Below are positions 59,027 to 64,000 of a DNA stretch of 64,000 nt, one piece after another. The notes under the pieces were generated by a model that saw only the letters and a program-made list of their open reading frames with translations, was not told the DNA's origin and did no database searches. Source of the stretch: an uncultured Chloroflexia bacterium (lineage in GTDB: Bacteria > Chloroflexota > Limnocylindria > Limnocylindrales > CSP1-4); the NCBI GenBank assembly GCA_963714835.1, contig CAVQPX010000007.1, positions 83,426-147,425 of the forward strand. Reading direction: 5' to 3'. The position numbers were made by a program, and so were the translations under genes. Every line of letters begins with the position of its first letter. Position 1 is the first letter of the stretch.

Positions 59027-60142
59027 GTGACCGAAGTCGACGTTCGACTGGTCCAGGTCGTGAAGTCCTTCGGCGACTTCGTCGCGGTGGACCATATCGA
59101 TCTCGAGGTCCACGACGGGGAGTTCTTCAGCCTGCTCGGGCCATCCGGGTGCGGCAAGACGACCACGCTGCGGATGATCGGCGGCTTCGAAGAGCCGACT
59201 TCGGGACTCATCGAGCTCCAGGGCCAGGACGTGACGTGGCTGCCGCCCTATCAGCGCAACGTGAACACGGTGTTCCAGAGCTATGCGCTGTTCCCCCACC
59301 TGACCATCTTCGAGAACGTCGCCTTCGGCCTGCGGCGCAAGGGCCTGAAGTCCAGCGAGATCACCGGCCGGGTGACCGAGATGCTCGCCCTCGTCGAGCT
59401 CCCCGGCTACGAAGGGCGCAAGCCCGGGCAGATCTCCGGCGGGCAGGCCCAGCGCGTCGCGCTCGCGCGCGCCTTGATCAATCGGCCGGCCGTGCTGCTC
59501 CTGGACGAGCCGCTCGGCGCCCTGGATCTCAAGCTGCGCAAGCAGATGCAGGTCGAGCTCAAGCGGATCCAGCAGGAGGTCGGGATCACGTTCATCTACG
59601 TGACACACGACCAGGAGGAGGCGATGACGATGTCCGATCGGATCGCCGTCATGAACAAGGGGCGCTACGAGCAGCTCGGGGACCCGGAGAGCCTCTACGA
59701 GCGCCCGGAGACCCGGTTCGTCGCCGGCTTCCTCGGGGTCAGCAACCTGATCGACGGGACGGTGTCTGGTGGCACCGGCGACTACGCGGTGTGCGTACTC
59801 CCCGATGACACCCGGATCCGTCTGCCGCGGGCGGCCCTCAACGGCTCGGATCGTGTCCAGGTGGGCGTCCGCCCGGAGAAGCTGCGGCTCTACGCGCTCG
59901 ACGACCCGGCGCCGGAAGGGCACAACACGATCGAAGGGCGCATCCGGGACGCCTCGTATCTCGGCGTCTCCACGAGTTACCTCGTCCGTTCGAAGCACGG
60001 GCAGGACATCACCGTCTATGAACAGAACGTGGAACGAACGTCCCATGGATCACTGCATCGACCCGGCGAAGACGTGAGGATCAGCTGGTCTCCCGACCAC
60101 ACCTTCGCGGTCCCGGCCGAAGCCGTCCTCGCGGACGCCTGA
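59027..60142 (+). CDS. potA: Spermidine/putrescine-type ABC transporter ATP-binding protein
   Basis: GTG 59027 follows AGGAGG. Walker A LLGPSGCGKTT, signature ISGGQAQRVALARAL, Walker B LLLDEPLGALD, and a C-terminal TOBE-like regulatory domain. Confidence 0.85.
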   Translation: MTEVDVRLVQVVKSFGDFVAVDHIDLEVHDGEFFSLLGPSGCGKTTTLRMIGGFEEPTSGLIELQGQDVTWLPPYQRNVNTVFQSYALFPHLTIFENVAFGLRRKGLKSSEITGRVTEMLALVELPGYEGRKPGQISGGQAQRVALARALINRPAVLLLDEPLGALDLKLRKQMQVELKRIQQEVGITFIYVTHDQEEAMTMSDRIAVMNKGRYEQLGDPESLYERPETRFVAGFLGVSNLIDGTVSGGTGDYAVCVLPDDTRIRLPRAALNGSDRVQVGVRPEKLRLYALDDPAPEGHNTIEGRIRDASYLGVSTSYLVRSKHGQDITVYEQNVERTSHGSLHRPGEDVRISWSPDHTFAVPAEAVLADA

Positions 60143-60193
60143 CGCCCACGCCACCGGACCAACTGATCGCGCGTGCGCGAGAGGAGGACAACG

Positions 60194-61399
60194 ATGGAAG
60201 ATCGAAACGCTCGGCTGATCGACAGCCCGGTCGATCGGCGACGATTCCTGCAGGGCACCGGCATGGCCGGCCTGGGCGCGTTCCTGGCGGCGTGCGGGAC
60301 CGCGCCGGCGAGCGGCGCCCCGTCGGTCGCACCGACGGGCGGGCCGCCGGCCACCACGGATCCACAGGCCACGCCCTCGGACGTCCTGAACTTCGCGAAC
60401 TGGCCGCTCTACATCGACACCGACGATGACGACCCCACGAAACATGCCTCGCTCGAGGACTTCACCGCGGAGTTCGGGACCGTCGTGATGTACTCGGAGG
60501 TCATCAACGACAACAACGAGTTCTTCGGGACGATCCGGGCCCCGCTCGAAGCGGGCCAGGACACCGGGTGGGACCTCATGGTCCTGACCGACTGGATGGC
60601 CGCCCGGATCGTGCGACTCGGGTGGGCCGAGAAGCTCGACCTTGCGAACGTGCCCAACTACGTCGACAACCTCGAGGACGCCTACCGCGCCCCCGACTTC
60701 GATCCCGGCAACGAGTACCACGCGCCGTGGCAAGCCGGGATGACCGGCCTCGGCTACGACGAGGCGGTCACCGGGCCGCTGACGAGCGTGGATTCCCTGT
60801 GGGATCCGCAGTGGGCGGGCCGGATCACGTATCTGTCGGAGATGCGCGACGCGACCACGCTTGCGCTGGGTCGGGTCGGGTTCAAGAACACCACCGTCAC
60901 GCGTGACGAGTTCGACGCTGCGATCACCGAGATGCGCCAGGCCGTTGACGACGGGATCGTGCGTGCATTCACCGGCAACGAGTACGCCGAGGATCTCGTG
61001 GCCGGAAACGTCGTTCTTGCGATGGCATGGTCCGGCGACATCATCCAGAAGCAGCTCGAGCGCGACACGCTCCAGTTCACGATCCCTGCGGAAGGCGGGA
61101 ACCTCTGGTACGACAACCTGATGATCCCGAAGGGCGCCCAGCACAAGTACACCGCCGAGCTGTACATCGACTACTACTACCGTCCTGAGGTCGCCGCGGC
61201 CGTCGAGGCCTGGGTGAACTACATCTGCCCCGTGAAGGGCGCCAAGGAAGAGATCGTCAAGATCGACCCGGATCTGGCCGAGAGCCAGCTGATCTTCCCG
61301 TCGGCGGAGACGCTGGACAAGGTCAGCCGGTTCAAGTCCCTGACCGAGGACGACGAGACGTACTTCAACAACGAGTTCTCGAACCTCGTCGGCGTCTAG
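60194..61399 (+). CDS. potD: Polyamine-type ABC transporter substrate-binding protein (PotD/PotF-like) with a Tat/lipoprotein signal
   Basis: ATG 60194 follows GGAGGA (5-nt spacer); the track start is GTG 60173. Twin-arginine signal VDRRRFLQGTGMAGLGAFLAACG; the body is PotD-like. Confidence 0.8.
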   Translation: MEDRNARLIDSPVDRRRFLQGTGMAGLGAFLAACGTAPASGAPSVAPTGGPPATTDPQATPSDVLNFANWPLYIDTDDDDPTKHASLEDFTAEFGTVVMYSEVINDNNEFFGTIRAPLEAGQDTGWDLMVLTDWMAARIVRLGWAEKLDLANVPNYVDNLEDAYRAPDFDPGNEYHAPWQAGMTGLGYDEAVTGPLTSVDSLWDPQWAGRITYLSEMRDATTLALGRVGFKNTTVTRDEFDAAITEMRQAVDDGIVRAFTGNEYAEDLVAGNVVLAMAWSGDIIQKQLERDTLQFTIPAEGGNLWYDNLMIPKGAQHKYTAELYIDYYYRPEVAAAVEAWVNYICPVKGAKEEIVKIDPDLAESQLIFPSAETLDKVSRFKSLTEDDETYFNNEFSNLVGV

Positions 61400-61459
61400 G
61401 GCAGCCCGAAGCCCTCAGCGCCCCGCCCGCCAACAACCCGGATCGCAGGGAGACCGAAC

Positions 61460-62476
61460 GTGGGAGGGTTCCTCAGCCGCCATCGCGGACTGATCCCGCT
61501 GTTTCTCCTTGCGCCGGGCCTGTTGTGGCTCGCCGTGTTCTACGTCTACCCGGCGTTCCAGATGTTCATCACGTCCTTCTGGTCTGGCTCCCTCGAGCGG
61601 GGATTCACGTTCTCGCTCGATAACTGGACGACCTACCCGGATGCACTGGAACGCTACTCGACCCAGTTCGGGCGGTCCGTCCTCTACGGCACGGCCGCCA
61701 CGATCCTCACCTTCCTCATCGCCTACCCCCTCGCCTACACGATCGCCTTCCGCGGCGGTCGCTACAAGAACCTCCTGCTCTTCCTCGTGGTTGCGCCGTT
61801 CTTCACGAGCTTCCTGCTGCGGACGATCAGCTGGAAGATCATCCTCGGCGACGACGGGCTCGTCCTCGGGCCACTGAAGGCGTTCGGGATCCTGGATCCG
61901 TCGTTCCGCGTGCTCGCGACGCCGATCGCCGTGGTCTCGGGGATCACCTACAACTTCCTGCCGTTCATGACCCTTCCGATCTACGTGTCGATCGAGAAGG
62001 TCGATCGGCGGCTCGTCGAGGCGGCCCAGGACCTCTACGCCGGTCCGTGGCGGCCAGGTGGCACGATCGCCGGCGCGATCGTCGGGGCGGTGCTGGCGGG
62101 TCTGCTCGGCTTCATCTTCGAGATGTCGGTCGGTCTGATGGCCGGCGCGGGTGCCGCGGTGGGAGCGGTCATCGGGACGCTATTCCTCTCCGAGTCCTTT
62201 GTCAGGATCACGCTCCCGTTGTCGTTGCCCGGCGTGTTCGCCGGGTCGCTCCTCGTGATGATCCCGGCCCTGGGCGACTACGTGAACGCGGCCCTGCTCG
62301 GGAATCCGAACACGAACATGATCGGGAACGTCATCCAGAGCCGGTTCCTGACGAACGCCGACTACCCGACGGCTTCAGCGCTGAGCTTCATCCTCATGCT
62401 GGCGATCCTCGCCGCCGTCGCGATCTATGCTCGGGCACTCGGCACCGAGAATCTCACCGCGGCCCGGCGCGTCTAG
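61460..62476 (+). CDS. potB: Polyamine-type ABC transporter permease (PotB-like)
   Basis: GTG start, 338 aa, six or more TM helices. The EAA-like loop VEAAQDLYAG is followed by an extra Gly/Ala-rich hydrophobic insertion. Confidence 0.8.
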   Translation: MGGFLSRHRGLIPLFLLAPGLLWLAVFYVYPAFQMFITSFWSGSLERGFTFSLDNWTTYPDALERYSTQFGRSVLYGTAATILTFLIAYPLAYTIAFRGGRYKNLLLFLVVAPFFTSFLLRTISWKIILGDDGLVLGPLKAFGILDPSFRVLATPIAVVSGITYNFLPFMTLPIYVSIEKVDRRLVEAAQDLYAGPWRPGGTIAGAIVGAVLAGLLGFIFEMSVGLMAGAGAAVGAVIGTLFLSESFVRITLPLSLPGVFAGSLLVMIPALGDYVNAALLGNPNTNMIGNVIQSRFLTNADYPTASALSFILMLAILAAVAIYARALGTENLTAARRV

Positions 62477-63325
62477 ATGACCGCCACGACCCTCACTCCC
62501 CAGGGCCGCTCCACCGTCTCGCGGATCGCCCGCGTCTTCAACCGGTTCCTGCTGCCCATCTACGCCGGGTTCGCCGTCCTGTACCTGATGCTGCCCGTCG
62601 CCGTCATCGCCCTGTTCAGCTTCAACGACCCGGTGGGACGCAGCAACTTCTCATGGGTGGGATTCACGACGAAGTACTGGCTCGACCCGTTCGGCGTCCC
62701 GGGCCTCGGCGACGCGGTGCTCACGAGCCTGCGCGTCGCGCTCCTCTCGACGCTCGTGGCGACTGCCCTGGGGACGCTCGTCGCGCTCGCCCTCGTGCGC
62801 TACCAGTTCCGCGGCAGCGCGCCGGTCAACCTGCTCATCTTCCTGCCGATGGCCACGCCCGAGATCGTGCTGGGGGCCTCGCTCCTGACGCTGTTCGTTG
62901 CCGCGGGAGGCCCGCCGCTCTTCCCGCTCAGCGAGCTCACGATCCTCATCGCCCACATCATGTTCAACATCAGCTATGTCGTGGTCACGGTGCGCGCACG
63001 TCTGACCGGCTACGACCGCCATCTCGAAGAGGCGGCGATGGATCTGGGTGCGAACGAATGGATCACGTTCTGGAAGGTCACATTCCCGCTCATCCTCCCC
63101 GGGATCATGGCCGCCGCTCTGCTCGCGTTCAGCCTGTCGATCGACGACTTCGTCATCACCAACTTCACGGCGGGACGAACGGTGACCTTCCCGATGTACA
63201 TCTGGGGTGCGGCGCGCATCGGGATCCCGGTCCAGGTGAACGTCATCGGGACGCTGATCTTCCTCATCGCGGTCGGGTTCGTGGCGATGTCCGTCGTGTT
63301 CCAGCGCCGCGGCTCCAGGGTCTGA
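62477..63325 (+). CDS. potC: Polyamine-type ABC transporter permease (PotC-like)
   Basis: 282 aa, starting immediately after the potB stop. EAA loop LEEAAMDLGANEWITFWKVTFP. Confidence 0.8.
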   Translation: MTATTLTPQGRSTVSRIARVFNRFLLPIYAGFAVLYLMLPVAVIALFSFNDPVGRSNFSWVGFTTKYWLDPFGVPGLGDAVLTSLRVALLSTLVATALGTLVALALVRYQFRGSAPVNLLIFLPMATPEIVLGASLLTLFVAAGGPPLFPLSELTILIAHIMFNISYVVVTVRARLTGYDRHLEEAAMDLGANEWITFWKVTFPLILPGIMAAALLAFSLSIDDFVITNFTAGRTVTFPMYIWGAARIGIPVQVNVIGTLIFLIAVGFVAMSVVFQRRGSRV

Positions 63326-63332
63326 GGCCCAC

Positions 63333-64000
63333 GTGACGAACGCCTCCCGTTCGGCGACCGGGGCGATCCCCGCCGTCTGGAGCCGCATCACCGACCTGCA
63401 GGTCGATCGTGGCGAAGGATCCTGGCTGATCACCACCGATGACGAACGCTACCTCGACTACAGCTCCGGGATCGGTGTCACGAACACCGGGCATGCCCAC
63501 CCGCGGGTCGTCGCCGCCGTGGCCGCGCAGGCCGCAAAGCTCCTCCACGGCCAGCAGAACATCATGTTCCACGAGCCCGGGCTGCAACTGTACGAACGCC
63601 TCGCCGGTCTGCTGCCGGGCGGTCCCTGGCAGGCGTTCCTGTCGAACTCCGGCGCGGAGGCCGTCGAGGCAGCCGTCAAGCTCGCGCGCGTGGCGACCGG
63701 GCGACCGGTGATCATCGCGTTCCGCGGCGGCTTCCATGGCCGAACGGCGCAGACGATGGCCCTCACGACGGCGAAGGACGTGTACCGGGCGGCCTTCGAG
63801 CCGCTGCCGGGGTCCGTCTACCACACGACATTCCCCTACTGCTATCGGTCCGCCTCGGGCTCGCATGCCCCGACCGCTGCGTGCACGTGCGACTGGGAGG
63901 CCGACCTCGACCTGCTCTTCCACCAGGTCATCTACCCGGAGCGGGTGGCGGCGATCATCGTCGAGCCGGTGCTCGGCGAGGGCGGCTACATCGTCCCGCC
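63333..64000 (+). CDS. Class-III PLP aminotransferase (GABA/putrescine/omega-amino acid type), 3'-partial at the window edge
   Basis: Translated by hand from GTG 63333; it is not in the ORF track because no stop is reached. ...YLDYSSGIGVTNTGHAHPRVVAAV...LSNSGAEAVEAAVKLAR...FRGGFHGRT...IIVEPVLGEGGYIVP are class-III motifs. Confidence 0.8.
   Translation, partial: MTNASRSATGAIPAVWSRITDLQVDRGEGSWLITTDDERYLDYSSGIGVTNTGHAHPRVVAAVAAQAAKLLHGQQNIMFHEPGLQLYERLAGLLPGGPWQAFLSNSGAEAVEAAVKLARVATGRPVIIAFRGGFHGRTAQTMALTTAKDVYRAAFEPLPGSVYHTTFPYCYRSASGSHAPTAACTCDWEADLDLLFHQVIYPERVAAIIVEPVLGEGGYIVP

Overview
Very GC-rich (about 70% by eye, not computed), densely packed chromosomal segment with Actinobacteria-like (high-GC Terrabacteria) gene content. 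I call about 60 genes; many share 1-4 nt ATGA/GTGA start/stop overlaps. From left to right: (1) the tail of a Tad/Flp pilus locus (two TadE-like pseudopilins and a giant TadG-like protein); (2) PfkB kinase, ychF, 2-hydroxyacid dehydrogenase, DUF2342 metalloprotease, murI, and an orphan CpaE-like receiver-ATPase; (3) methyltransferase, glycerophosphodiesterase, agmatinase-family enzyme and M20 amidohydrolase; (4) HAD hydrolase plus a UvrD-type helicase fused to an Fe-S RecB-type nuclease, DUF4446, rarA and murJ; (5) class-V aminotransferase, a serA stub and a histidine phosphatase; (6) MoxR-DUF58-transglutaminase operon; (7) fhaA-fhaB-rodA-pbpA cell-wall cluster, with a divergent zinc-ribbon/acidic tandem-repeat protein; (8) a small operon of an unknown zinc-ribbon protein, an FmdB/Ruc-like protein, an HTH protein and YihY; (9) LacI plus a sugar ABC transporter; (10) valS behind a T-box leader with a GUU specifier; (11) TetR/VOC pair, MTHFR-like gene, tRNA-Leu(UAG)-tig-clpP-clpX; (12) DUF3618/holin-X-like pair, cinA, a Crp/Fnr regulator, mrp/apbC; (13) potABCD-like polyamine ABC operon and a partial class-III aminotransferase. 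I saw no rRNA, CRISPR array, transposase, integrase or obvious prophage. The most unusual property is a run of eight single-base frame breaks in seven genes plus a truncated serA remnant. All lie between 11 and 38 kb and all are in non-core genes, so this is either local gene decay or a badly polished assembly stretch. Other points worth a second look: the valS T-box, the zinc-ribbon repeat protein next to fhaA, the Tad pseudopilin set, a His/Asp-rich tail on trigger factor, and three genes that seem to need CTG start codons. All family calls rest on motifs I recognise in the translations; no database search was run.
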